64,000 nucleotides of DNA from an uncultured Saprospiraceae bacterium (GCA_905480595.1 CAJQQY010000201.1:1482-65481), one strand, 5' to 3'; positions 9,093-19,800 are shown, counted from the first letter of the stretch. Numbers and translations are program-made. The notes: a model not told the origin generated them from the sequence alone.

Positions 9093-12000
9093 CTATAATG
9101 GGATAACTAATTCTACTCTTGTACCTTTTGCTTCATCTTTATTATTTTTTAAATCAAAAATTTGAACAGAAGCTTTTGTATTAGCCAACTGATTTAAGGT
9201 TTCTAATCGGTCGCTAGTAATTTTCATTCCAAAAGACTTTCTTCTAGAAGCAGATTTAGAGCGTAGTTTTTCAGCTGCTTCTCTCCCTATTCCGTTGTCT
9301 TCAATCAAACAAATTAGAGAACCATTATCTCTTCGCAAAATCAAATCAATCCTTCCTTTTTCTCCTTCCTTTTGTAATAGTCCATGCCAAATTGCATTTT
9401 CAACATAAGGTTGTAAAAGCATCGGAGGAACTTTTATTTTTTCAATATCCATCCCTTCTTCTATTTTTATTTCATAATCAAATAGATTGTCGAAACGCAT
9501 ACTTTCAATTTCGATATAGAGTTTGAGGGCTTCTAAATCATCTTTCAAGGGAACAATCGTACTTTTTGAATTTTGCAAAATCAATCGAATCAATCTCGAA
9601 AAACGATTCAAATAATCAGATGCTTTTTCAGGTTCATTACTAATGATATAATATTCAATTGAATTGAGAGAATTGAAAATAAAATGAGGATTCATTTGTG
9701 CCCGCAAAGCACTCATTTCCATATCAGCCAATTTTCTTTCATAATCAGAATGCAATCTTTCTTCTCTCCTCACCTCTCCGATTCGCCAACGATAAAGTAA
9801 GTATCCAAAGGTAGAAACACCTAGGAAAACCAAGATCCAAAACCAAATCGTTTTCCACCATGGCGTCGCAATATGAATGGCAAAATTGAATTTTTCTTCA
9901 TTCCAAATCCCTTCATTATTGGCTGCTTGTAATTCAAATATATAATCACCTGAAGGCACATTAGTAAAATTGGCAAATCGTCTATCACTTGTTTCCGCCC
10001 ATTTGTCATCAAAATTTTTTAATCGATATCGAAATTTATTTTCTTTTCCTCGCGTAAATCCAATGGAAGAAAAATCAAATGAGAAAAAATTTTCATGATA
10101 TTCAAGTTCCATTTTTGAAAGTAGGTGAGTCGGTATTTCTGTTTGTAAAGGTTCTTGCAATACTGATACTCTGGTCAAATATGGTTTGGGTTTTTCAGGA
10201 TTCGGCAATAGACTTTCAGGATCAGCAACCCATACTTTATTTTGACCTCCTATGACGAAACGACCATCGGGTAATATTTTAAAACTGTATTTATCATCCT
10301 CTGTCACCCCATAATTTAAGCTATGACTTACAATTTCTAAAGTGTTAGGATTTATTTGAAAAAGGTCATCATTTCCCAAACTCCAAATCATTCCATTCTT
10401 ATCTAAATTCAAATGATAAATATGAGTGATTCCATGGGAAGACATCAAATCATATTTTTTAATAATACCATTTTCAGGATGAGTAGATTCTCCATAGGCT
10501 AATAATCCATTGTTACTATTTATCCAAACTCTGCCCTGTAGGTCTTCTACAAAACTTCTAGCTCTAGTCACCGATTTATCTGGATCTATTTTATCTAGAA
10601 AATTATATATGGTATCTTTTGCATCATGATAAACACTAAAACCATATCTCCGGCTGATCCAAATATTCTGTTGGCTATCTTCAAATAATCCATGGATCGA
10701 TCCGATATTTAAATTTGTATATTCAAGTTCATCTTTAAAAACCTCCCACTTATTTTCTGAAGGTGTCCAACGAATCAAACCTTCATTATTCGTTCCTAAC
10801 CAAAGTCTTCCTTGACTATCCCAAAGAATAGAATAAGCATATTTCTTTATGAGGTGATTTGGAACATAAAGTTTTTCGTATGTTCTTCTAATTGGATCAA
10901 AATTAAAAACACCTTGAGTCGAGATGATGGTCCATTTTCCATCTGGTGATTTACTCGCACTTCTAGATTGCATATCACCATGGTCAGGGATATATTTTTT
11001 TGGAACAGAAAACCTATTCCACTTTTTTTGTTTGGTATCCAAAAAGAAAATACCATTTGCATCATGCGGTAAAACGGCAAAATCACTATCGGGTGTATTA
11101 GTTAAAAAGTAATAAGAAAACCCTTTGTGATCAAGGTTGAGATCCGCAAAATCATATTGAATAAATTGCTGTTGAGTAGGATCAAAAAGGTGCAAACCCC
11201 TTGCTCTAAACCATGCTCTATTTTGACTATCTATAAAACTTGCGCCATAATATTTTCCTTTATTAAGATCATGCTTCCTGATCTCTGTCCATTTTTGTGT
11301 GGTCAAATTATAAGTCATTAATCCTTCTAGTGACTTAATCCAAATTTCATTTTCATTTTTTGGAATAATAGGAGCAATTGGTGTATTGAGTAATTTATAT
11401 CCATCCGCTCGTTCCTTTGCAGATTCATTCAAAATAGGTAAGAGGTAAAATTTGGAAGTCTTCGGATCAAAAACATTCACCTTTGCATGCCATGAAGTCA
11501 GATATAATAATCCATCTGTATGTTGATAAATAGAGCGAAAAGCGTTTTGAGCGGTAAATGTTTTTTCATCAGTTTTAGGATAATGAAACCATTTCATTTG
11601 ATGGGTCATGGCATTGACCTGAAGTAATCCTCCCGTTGTTCCTGCCCAAATAATTGAATCATTAAAACGATCCTGTTGGATGCTTAAAATATGATCTACA
11701 GCTTCTATTGTAGAAAAATAAAGGGCAACTTCATCGTAAGGAAAATGATAACATCTAAATGTATCTGCACTTGGTGAATATCGAAAAATTCCGTCTGTGA
11801 AGGTTCCCATCCAAATATCTCCGTCATTTGCTTTTTCAAAACATCCTACTCTAGTAGGAATTTTTTTATCCAAAGTATCATTAACCTGAAAATTTGCAAA
11901 CTGATAATTTCTAAATTTTTCAGTTTGCAAATCCATAATAGAGAGCCCTAGGTGTGTTCCTACATATAAGTATTGGGAATCTACTAGTAGGGGTGCGATT

Positions 12001-12311
12001 CGATTATCATAAATCGAAGTAGAATCTGTTGGGTCGTAGGTGAATATCTTAAATTGTGTTCCATCAAATCGGCACAATCCTTCTCCCGTTCCGATCCAAA
12101 TAAATCCATCTTCAGTTTCGGCAATTGAACGAATGGAGTTACTGGGTAATCCATCATCTTTTGTAATATGGATACTTTCATCTAGTTTTACTTCGCCTGT
12201 AAATACTGCAGCATCTGCGTTATTTTTTTGCCCTAAACAAAATATGGGTAAAAAAAAAATGAATATAAAATGTACAACGCTGGCACTAATCTCTTTTTGG
12301 AAAAAATCCAA
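9093..12311 (-). CDS. Sensor histidine kinase: large propeller/Y_Y_Y extracytoplasmic region, TM, LytS/YehU-type kinase core
   Basis: The C-terminal part contains MSALRAQMNPHFIFNSLNSI (His_kinase) and LLQPYVENAIWHG...EDNGIG (HATPase_c). About 800 aa of W/G-rich repeated blades precede a TM helix (TIWFWILVFLGVSTFGYLLY). The called start is TTG and is uncertain. Confidence 0.85.
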   Translation of the reverse strand: MDFFQKEISASVVHFIFIFFLPIFCLGQKNNADAAVFTGEVKLDESIHITKDDGLPSNSIRSIAETEDGFIWIGTGEGLCRFDGTQFKIFTYDPTDSTSIYDNRIAPLLVDSQYLYVGTHLGLSIMDLQTEKFRNYQFANFQVNDTLDKKIPTRVGCFEKANDGDIWMGTFTDGIFRYSPSADTFRCYHFPYDEVALYFSTIEAVDHILSIQQDRFNDSIIWAGTTGGLLQVNAMTHQMKWFHYPKTDEKTFTAQNAFRSIYQHTDGLLYLTSWHAKVNVFDPKTSKFYLLPILNESAKERADGYKLLNTPIAPIIPKNENEIWIKSLEGLMTYNLTTQKWTEIRKHDLNKGKYYGASFIDSQNRAWFRARGLHLFDPTQQQFIQYDFADLNLDHKGFSYYFLTNTPDSDFAVLPHDANGIFFLDTKQKKWNRFSVPKKYIPDHGDMQSRSASKSPDGKWTIISTQGVFNFDPIRRTYEKLYVPNHLIKKYAYSILWDSQGRLWLGTNNEGLIRWTPSENKWEVFKDELEYTNLNIGSIHGLFEDSQQNIWISRRYGFSVYHDAKDTIYNFLDKIDPDKSVTRARSFVEDLQGRVWINSNNGLLAYGESTHPENGIIKKYDLMSSHGITHIYHLNLDKNGMIWSLGNDDLFQINPNTLEIVSHSLNYGVTEDDKYSFKILPDGRFVIGGQNKVWVADPESLLPNPEKPKPYLTRVSVLQEPLQTEIPTHLLSKMELEYHENFFSFDFSSIGFTRGKENKFRYRLKNFDDKWAETSDRRFANFTNVPSGDYIFELQAANNEGIWNEEKFNFAIHIATPWWKTIWFWILVFLGVSTFGYLLYRWRIGEVRREERLHSDYERKLADMEMSALRAQMNPHFIFNSLNSIEYYIISNEPEKASDYLNRFSRLIRLILQNSKSTIVPLKDDLEALKLYIEIESMRFDNLFDYEIKIEEGMDIEKIKVPPMLLQPYVENAIWHGLLQKEGEKGRIDLILRRDNGSLICLIEDNGIGREAAEKLRSKSASRRKSFGMKITSDRLETLNQLANTKASVQIFDLKNNKDEAKGTRVELVIPL

Positions 12312-12378
12312 TTCGATTTGAAAATCTAAAAAGTGATATTTTGTATGCTTTTTAATTATGAAAATTGTTTTTTGGTAA

Positions 12379-12489
12379 TTAGCTGAAAAGATATTTCCCC
12401 AATACTAAAAAGGCAACTCCTTTTATCGTACACCAACAAATATAAATAATCAGCGCTTTTTTACCGTATTTTTTAAAATGCTTTTTCAT
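12379..12489 (-). CDS. Possible 36-aa small membrane protein (below the ORF-track cutoff)
   Basis: ATG...TAA ORF encoding MKKHFKKYGKKALIIYICWCTIKGVAFLVLGKYLFS: a Lys-rich N-terminus plus one TM helix. No other support. Confidence 0.2.
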   Translation of the reverse strand: MKKHFKKYGKKALIIYICWCTIKGVAFLVLGKYLFS

Positions 12490-12657
12490 GATAAAGTTTT
12501 GGTTTTGAGGAAGTTATGATTTATTTAAATACTGCAATCTCCACCTTTTACCCTTTTTTAAGATGTTTGTTTTCATTTTTTTGGAGCAAAAGGAAAAGAT
12601 GAAGAATGCAGTTAAACAAAACGTCTCTCTATTAATACTTGGTTTTTAAATCCTCCC

Positions 12658-13434
12658 TTATTCATTCTTTTTTGCAATAGATTTATAAACTGGTTCTTTT
12701 GATTTTCTATTAAAAAAACTTGGAATGATCATAGGTACTTGCTCTGCATATTTTCGATAGAGATCTCCAAAATGAGTCATCAAATCTTTCTCTTCCCATT
12801 GAATTGCTTTAAGTGTATAAAGCGTAAAAACTGAAGCAAATAAAAATCGTGTAACTGACATTGTCCCCGCTGACCAAAAGGCTAGTAATATTCCAAAGTA
12901 TAATGGATGACGAACATACTTATAGAGAAACGGTGTACCAAATGATAAATGTGTATATGGTTTTCCTCTGAAATTCAACCATACTTGTCTAAGTCCGAAA
13001 AGGTCAAAATGATTGATCAAAAAACTTGATGCCAATACTAGTGTATAGCCTAATGCAAATGTTCCCCAAAGCACTCCGATAAGAAATGAATTTTCGATTT
13101 CCCAAACAACTCCTCCCAATGGTTGCCAAAAATAAAACATAGCAAATAATGCTAAACTTGAAAATAGTACAAACGTACTTCGTTCCATTGCCTCGGGAAT
13201 CATCTTTGTCCACCATTCTTTAAACCATGCTCTTGCCATGATACTATGCTGAACACCAAATAAAATGATGAGTGAAACATTAGTTATTACTGCTTGCCAA
13301 AGTGGAACAGTTAATTCTCCATCAATTCCTTTTGGTACAAATAAATTTCCTGTAAATCCTATCAAGTAGAGAAAACTACCTTGGAATGCTAAGTAGCAAA
13401 GCACTCCATAAATTAAAATTCCTGTTCGTTTCAT
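12658..13434 (-). CDS. Integral-membrane methyltransferase of the ICMT/PEMT superfamily (MddA-like)
   Basis: Multi-TM protein with a C-terminal VRHPLYFGILLAFWSAGTMSVTRFLFA block, typical of isoprenylcysteine carboxyl / methanethiol S-methyltransferase-type enzymes. Confidence 0.6.
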   Translation of the reverse strand: MKRTGILIYGVLCYLAFQGSFLYLIGFTGNLFVPKGIDGELTVPLWQAVITNVSLIILFGVQHSIMARAWFKEWWTKMIPEAMERSTFVLFSSLALFAMFYFWQPLGGVVWEIENSFLIGVLWGTFALGYTLVLASSFLINHFDLFGLRQVWLNFRGKPYTHLSFGTPFLYKYVRHPLYFGILLAFWSAGTMSVTRFLFASVFTLYTLKAIQWEEKDLMTHFGDLYRKYAEQVPMIIPSFFNRKSKEPVYKSIAKKNE

Positions 13435-13787
13435 TGTTTTCGATTTTAAAGAGTTATTAAATTTCTAAATAGAAGCATCTTTATTAAAAAGAAATAATGA
13501 GTCTATTCTTGAATTATTCTTAATGTAAATGTAGGGGGAATACCTACTAGGAATTGTGGTAGATTAGTAGTTGACATACTTAATGAGTAATTGGTATTGA
13601 TTGGTGAGTGGGGAAAATTTGAATCTACTTTTTGTATCAATTAGATCGAACTAAAATAAACCATCAGAGGAATCATTATATATATTCAGTTACTCAAATA
13701 CTACTACACACCTCCTTGTTTGCGCTTAATATTACATTATCAAATTGATTTTTTCACCAAGAGATTTGTTTTTAGAATAGATCTAAA

Positions 13788-14015
13788 ATGAGTCTTTTAA
13801 AATACTTGATAATGAAAACAAATTCAAAAATTAAAGCAAAGAAGAAAGCATCCATCATTGGAACTAGTGATGGACACAATGCTGCTTTAGCGCAACATGC
13901 GGCAAATGGGAAAATTACCTCAACACCAAATTACAGCCGGATGAAACAGGAGATTCACAAAATTAGAAACGCTGTTTCGTTTGGAGAGATTAAAGAATTT
14001 TACAACGTCAGCTAG
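13788..14015 (+). CDS. Small basic hypothetical protein (75 aa; alternative ATG at 13812)
   Basis: An isolated ORF followed by a strong terminator at 14051-14090. No recognisable domain. Confidence 0.35.
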   Translation: MSLLKYLIMKTNSKIKAKKKASIIGTSDGHNAALAQHAANGKITSTPNYSRMKQEIHKIRNAVSFGEIKEFYNVS

Positions 14016-14050
14016 ATCTTTTTTTAATCTCAAATATCCAAAATTACAAA

Positions 14051-14090
14051 TCCCGAATTTTCTTAATTGAAAATTCGGGATACTTTTTTT
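14051..14090 (+). terminator. Intrinsic terminator
   Basis: 11-bp perfect stem TCCCGAATTTT (14051-14061) / AAAATTCGGGA (14070-14080), followed by a T-run at 14084-14090. Confidence 0.75.
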
Positions 14091-14173
14091 GCTCTAGATT
14101 AAAATAGAAATACTTAACTCACAAGTTGATAACATTCGACATGAAATCATTTTTTGAGTCTTTTAAGCTTACA

Positions 14174-14683
14174 TTAAATGCTCGTATTTTTTGAGTCTTT
14201 TAATAATTTTCCAATAGTTGCATTGAATAAAATCGAGGGAATACATAAATCAGTTGTAGCAACTAAAAATGCGACTCCACAAAGTTGATATGCCATAATC
14301 ATGGCTGCAGTCATCATATTATTTTGTAGAAAATAAATAGTCGATCCAATTACAAGAGTTGCTGCAGTACAAGCAAATTTAAGTTGTATCGATCGGGGAG
14401 GTACCTTGGTTTTTTTCATTCGATTGGCTAAAAAATAATTGTAGATATAATCAAATGGATGGTTCGGTAAAACCACTCCAAAAAATGCTACAGTCATCAT
14501 TGCACTTAATATAGGAACATTCCATAACAATACTCCTACAATTAAGATGGAGGTGCATAATTGGTAGGCAAAACGATTTCCAAAAGCTATTTCAGAAATT
14601 TGTTCGTCAGAGTAATTTTGATATCCTTGAGCTTTAATTCGATTAATTCGAGTTGGAGATAAAGTTTTTTTTGAGGTTTTCAT
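14174..14683 (-). CDS. Multi-pass membrane protein, family uncertain (possibly DUF4395-like)
   Basis: 169 aa with about four hydrophobic helices. The family assignment is from memory only. Confidence 0.5.
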   Translation of the reverse strand: MKTSKKTLSPTRINRIKAQGYQNYSDEQISEIAFGNRFAYQLCTSILIVGVLLWNVPILSAMMTVAFFGVVLPNHPFDYIYNYFLANRMKKTKVPPRSIQLKFACTAATLVIGSTIYFLQNNMMTAAMIMAYQLCGVAFLVATTDLCIPSILFNATIGKLLKDSKNTSI

Positions 14684-14748
14684 TTTATTGGTTTTAAATA
14701 TTTAGAAAAAATATTATTTCACAAGTCATTGATCCACATTACTTTTTT

Positions 14749-15078
14749 TTAATCTAATAATCTTTTCATATTAGACAAAGTGAATTGTTCTAATCTGTGA
14801 AAATGATTATCAGAAAGAAATAATTCTTTACATTCTTCAAGAAGTGATTCAGCAGAGAAATACTGATTCAAATGATGATATATAATTATTTTCTGAATAC
14901 GTACATAACCGTTATCTTCTGAAAACTCTGCTAAAGTTTTATCAAAAATTTGCTGTTCTACTTTTTCTAGTATGTATTTTTTTTCTTCTTCTTTGAAAAA
15001 AATATCTGCATGTGCAGCATACAATAAGAGATACGTTAGAAATTCTTTTTTCGTCCATTGACGGGGTTGCGTAGACAT
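14749..15078 (-). CDS. Hypothetical cytoplasmic helical protein (109 aa)
   Basis: Clean ATG ORF in an operon-like array with its neighbours. No recognised motif. Confidence 0.45.
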   Translation of the reverse strand: MSTQPRQWTKKEFLTYLLLYAAHADIFFKEEEKKYILEKVEQQIFDKTLAEFSEDNGYVRIQKIIIYHHLNQYFSAESLLEECKELFLSDNHFHRLEQFTLSNMKRLLD

Positions 15079-15150
15079 AATTATTTGATTTAATTTTTAA
15101 TAAAATTGGTTTCGTGAAAATTGATCAGCAACTTAGTTGCATATATTTTA

Positions 15151-15681
15151 TTACATTAATCCTTTCGAAGAATCTACCATTATCATGGTTACAAGTCCAT
15201 AAGTTCTTAACCAAGCAGTTTCTACCTTAGGAGTAAAATGCTGACCTAAACTTTTCTTTAAAGTTTCAATTAAAGTTTCGCCTACAATCTGATAATGATA
15301 TTCTTGAATACCATAATTGGTATGTCGTTTTCCCAATGACTTGAGTGCGGGAAGTAATTTTTCAATATTGTCTAAACTAGCAACAAGTAATTCAAAGACC
15401 TGTGCAAATTTTAATACTTGATTTTTAATATTGGAAATGAATAATTTTTCAACTAATGGATTTACTCTAAATAATTCTCGATAAAAACCTGTTGTAAATT
15501 CTTCCATCGACTCTCGAATATTTTTTACACTTCCCTGAACAAGAGCAATTTCTTCTTCCGTTAAATCTTGCGATAACAATGCACCTTTTAAGGAAACAGT
15601 TGACTCATTGATTTCTCCTAATCGAGCAAATCGTAAATCTGCTCCTTCAAAATTAGCTCCATCTAAAGTTGCTCCTTCCAA
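15151..15681 (-). CDS. Globin-domain fragment (pentapeptide repeats plus a 3-on-3 globin); the 3' part of a gene split by an in-frame TGA
   Basis: ...FYRELFRVNPLVEKLF...LKSLGKRHTNYGIQEYHYQIVGETLIETLKKSLGQHFTPKVETAW... matches the bacterial globin pattern, with the proximal His in KRH. The called start is TTG, in frame with and 12 codons after the stop of 15718-16290. Confidence 0.7.
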   Translation of the reverse strand: MEGATLDGANFEGADLRFARLGEINESTVSLKGALLSQDLTEEEIALVQGSVKNIRESMEEFTTGFYRELFRVNPLVEKLFISNIKNQVLKFAQVFELLVASLDNIEKLLPALKSLGKRHTNYGIQEYHYQIVGETLIETLKKSLGQHFTPKVETAWLRTYGLVTMIMVDSSKGLM

Positions 15682-15717
15682 ATTTACCCATCGTAAATTG
15701 GCATTTTGAAAATTGGC

Positions 15718-16290
15718 TCATCTACATTCCGAGGCACTTAAATCTGATCCAGTTAAGTTACTATTGGAAAAATCTGTTTCTACTAAATTCGATTCTTTCA
15801 TGGAAGCGTAACTAAAGTTCGTATCGTGAAGTACAGCTTTACTCAAGTTAGCTTTGTCCAATTGTGCATGAGTCATATCTATCCCTACTAATTTCCCATC
15901 TTCTAACCATCCTTTTTTTCTTAATCGTTTAGTTGCGTCTAGTGCAAAAGAATTACTCTCACTTGCAAATTGATTAATCAGTTTATCTTTTTCTTCTCTT
16001 CGAATTGCCCAATTAATAAAATATAATAACATCGCATCTACCATTATTCCTAACCACTCGCTATAACTATCTCCAATCACATTTTCAAAACCTTTATTTT
16101 CAGCAAGTTGCCAACCAGCCATCAAAACAATTACTGCTACAATTGCAAAATGAAAACTGATAATATTTATCATATCTATTTTTCCAAAAACCATTTCGAA
16201 TCCTTTCTTGAAAAATCCTAAATAACCTTGTTTTGTATTTTGATTTGAATTAGTTTTTTTCAGATTAGCAAATTTTGCAAAGATGCACAT
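15718..16290 (-). CDS. Membrane-anchored pentapeptide-repeat fragment; the 5' part of the same interrupted gene
   Basis: Two TM helices, then A(D/N)LXX repeats (ANLSK AVLHD TNFSY ... SNLTG SDLSA SECR-stop). The repeat register continues unbroken after the TGA at 15718-15720. Confidence 0.65.
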   Translation of the reverse strand: MCIFAKFANLKKTNSNQNTKQGYLGFFKKGFEMVFGKIDMINIISFHFAIVAVIVLMAGWQLAENKGFENVIGDSYSEWLGIMVDAMLLYFINWAIRREEKDKLINQFASESNSFALDATKRLRKKGWLEDGKLVGIDMTHAQLDKANLSKAVLHDTNFSYASMKESNLVETDFSNSNLTGSDLSASECR

Positions 16291-16886
16291 GATTATTTTT
16301 TTTGTTTTTAAGAGACTGTTTTAATTTCACCACAAAAATAAAGTGAGTTGGATTGGAGTTATTAGGTGATGAGAGATTGAAGGCAAGTAATTATCTATTG
16401 GCGTGTTCTTTGAGTTTTGTCGAAAAAAGACAATTCCGAACTTTCAAAACCAAATACTCAAGTGTCAAGTGAATTGACTCAAGTAGAAAGCCTTTTTACT
16501 CAAAAAATTGATAAGTTGTATGGTAGAAAAATGACTAGGAATGTTATGTCGAGGATGTTAAAATTTAAATATTTACCAATTATTGTTGTTTTTATTTCAT
16601 TGCAAAGCATAACCCAAAAAAGTCCTCCTCATTACCCTTTCCTGATAAAATTCATTTTTCCTCAAAACACTATTGATTTTAATACGTAAAATCACTAAAT
16701 TACGTGTTAGCGAAAATCGTAAACCGTTAATTATCAATGACTTATGTATTTTCATCTTTTAAACGAAAGCGTAAATTCACAACTTTCCCATTTAAATATA
16801 TTTTCGCGATAAAAAAGCATTTTTTATAATGCGAAAAAAGTAGTCTTCTGTTGTACATTTTTTAAAAAATTTCAAGGGAAAAATCC

Positions 16887-19800
16887 ATGGCGAATTCAAC
16901 AAATAATTATCAATTGCTTATCTCCAAATTAGATAAGTTTATTCGTAAGTTTTATGTCAACCAACTCATTCGAGGGTTTCTATATTTCTTTGCTTTAGTA
17001 TTAGTCCTTTTTTTGGGGATTAACTTCCTAGAGCATTTTTTCTTTTTTGGCTCAGGTACACGTAAAGTCATGTTCTACTCTTTTATGGGAGTAACCGCAG
17101 TATCATTTGTAGGTTGGGTATTGATTCCTTTGTTGAAATATTTCCATTTAGGATCAGTCATTTCACATGAACAAGCGGCAGGAATTATTGGAGATCATTT
17201 TCCTGATGTAAAAGATAAATTACTCAACGTCTTGCAACTTAGTAAGCAAGCAGAAGGTGCTCCAAATGCACAACTCGTTTTTGCAGGGATTAATCAAAAA
17301 ACGGAAAAGATAAAATTAGTACCATTTCGATCTGCGATTGATTTGAGTAAAAATCGACAATACTTACGATATGCGTTACCTCCGTTGATGATTCTGGGGT
17401 TTATTTTACTAGCTGCTCCTAGTTTAATTACAGATAGTACAAATAGATTGTACAATAATGATAAAGAATTTGAGCGTGATGCACCATTTCATTTTAAAGT
17501 GGATAAAGAAGATTTGACGGTAGTTCAGTTTGAGGATTTTTTATTGGAAGTAGAAGTGGATGGAGATGTTTTGCCTAATGAAGTTTTTGTTGACATTGAT
17601 AATTATCAATATCGATTAAATAAAGATGAGCAAGATAAATTTTCTTATCGTTTTTCTAATGTTCAAAAAGATACAGATTTTAAAATCTTCTCAAGTGGTG
17701 TAGAATCAGAAAAATATAATTTGAATGTTTTGAAAAAACCAAATATCCTAGGTTTTGACATTACATTAGATTATCCAAATTATATCGGTCGCAAAAATGA
17801 AACTTTGAGTAACGTCGGTGACTTGGTAATTCCAATTGGAACAAAAATTAATTGGAATTTTAATGCTTCGAATACGGATGAAATTGCGATTAATTTTTCT
17901 GAGAAACATGAACTCATCAATACAGACCGAGCAGGGGAGGAAAGTTTTATTTATAGAAAAAAAGCTTTACAGGATGAAATTTATAAACTATATATTTCTA
18001 ACAAAGCACTTCCTAATGCAGATTCTGTAGGTTATTCCATCACAGTAATTCCTGATCTTTATCCAACTATTAAGTCTGAAAAATTTGTCGATAGTTTAGA
18101 TTCTAAATTATTGTTTTTCGTAGGTGATGCTGCGGATGATTATGGAATTTTGAATCTGTCATTTAATTATAGAGTTAAAAAAGAAAATGGACAACAAGGA
18201 GAATTGGTTAATATCAAGATGGCAAAACCTTCTACCAAGACTGCACAGTTTGATTATACTTTTGATTTGCAAGAGTTAGATTTAAAACCGGGCGATGAAG
18301 TTTCTTATTACTTTGAAGTATTTGATAATGATGCGGTAAATGGTAGTAAGTCTGCTAAAACAAACTTGGAATTATTTGAAATGCCTACGTTGGAAGAGTT
18401 GGAAGAAAAAGAAGATCAAAATAACGAAGACATTCAAAAAAAATTAGAAGAGTCATTGAAAGAATCAAAGAAGATTCAAGAGGACATGAAGAAGATGCGA
18501 GAGAAAGTTTTGCAGAAAAAAGAATTGGATTGGCAAGACAAAAAAGAATTGGAAAAATTATTGGATCAACAAAAGCAGTTGGAAGAAAATATCAATGAGG
18601 CGAAAGATAAGTTTGAGGAAAATATGAAAAATCAAGAGGAGTTTGAGCAACAACCAAACGAAGAGTTGCAAGAGAAACAAGAGCAAATGCAAGAAATGTT
18701 TGAGGAGTTGATGAGTGATGAAATGAAAGAATTGATGAAGCAAATTGAAGATCTTTTGCAAGAACTCAATAAAGACGAGGCTTTGGATATGATGGAAGAG
18801 ATGGAAATGAATGACGAAGAAGTTGAAATGGAACTTGACCGAATGATAGAAATGCTCAAGCAATTGGAGATGGAGAAAGACATGATGGAACAAATTGAAG
18901 AGTTGGAAGAGCTTGCAAAAGAGCAAGAAGAATTAGCAAAAGAAACGGAAGAAGAATCTAAGTCTCAAGAAGAGTTGGAGAAAAAACAAGAAGAGATCAA
19001 CGAGAAGTTTGACGAAATCCAAAAGAAGCAAGAGGAGATGGAAAAGAAAAATGAGGAAATGGAAAACCCAAAAGATCTTGGTGATAAACAAGAGGAAATG
19101 GAAGACATTGAAAAAGATTTAGATGATAGTAAAAAGAGTTTAGAACAAAAAGAAAATAAGAAAGCATCTGACAAGCAAAAGAAAGCTGCAGGCAAAATGA
19201 TGGAAATGGCAGAGCAGATGCAAATGGATATGGAGTCAGGTGAGATGGAGCAGATGGAAGAAGATATGGCTGCTCTTCGTCAGTTATTGGAAAATTTGAT
19301 GACACTTTCTTTTGATCAAGAAGATGTAATTAATGATTTTTATATCACAGCCGTTACTACTCCTCGGTATGTTGATTTAGTACAACAACAATATAAATTG
19401 AAAGATGATTTTCAATTAGTTGAAGATAGTTTACAAGCTTTGAGTAAAAGAGTTTTCCAAATTGAATCTTTCGTAACTGAGAAAGTTCATGATATAAAAG
19501 TGAACATGAAAGAAGGTTTGACTGAATTGGAAGATCGTAAAAAACCTCAAGCATCTGAACATCAACAAAGAACAATGAAGAATGTTAATGACCTAGCATT
19601 GATGTTGAGTGAAGTGATGAATCAAATGCAACAACAAATGAGTTCGATGATGCAAGGTTCTCAGATGTGTAAAAAACCAGGAGGAAAACCGGGTTCTAAA
19701 CCTGGTAGCAAACCTGGAGATAAAATGTCTCAAGGTCAAGGCCAACTGAACAAGCAAATGGAGGCAATGAAAAAAGCTTTGGAGTCAGGCAAAAAAGGAA

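Noticed and set aside
15700-15725. In-frame TGA as selenocysteine, or as a sense codon under an alternative genetic code
   Set aside because: TGA clearly terminates well-conserved genes in this window, for example the AraC-family gene at 1361-1363 and the RsbW-like gene at 20711-20713. Downstream of this TGA there is only a weak 6-bp AT stem (AATTTA/TAAATT), not a SECIS-like hairpin. A nonsense mutation, a sequencing error or near-cognate readthrough is more plausible.
16417-16689. 90-aa TTG-initiated ORF in the 596-bp gap upstream of the giant gene
   Set aside because: It has no ATG, no recognisable motif and odd composition, and it ends in AT-rich presumably regulatory DNA. I treat the gap as non-coding. 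An sRNA or small protein cannot be excluded.
18558-19305. Four overlapping minus-strand ORFs (18558-18926, 18632-18883, 18965-19195, 18997-19305)
   Set aside because: All lie antisense to the GAA/AAG-rich coiled-coil region of the 1112-aa gene. Their F/L/S/C-rich low-complexity products are artefacts of purine bias.
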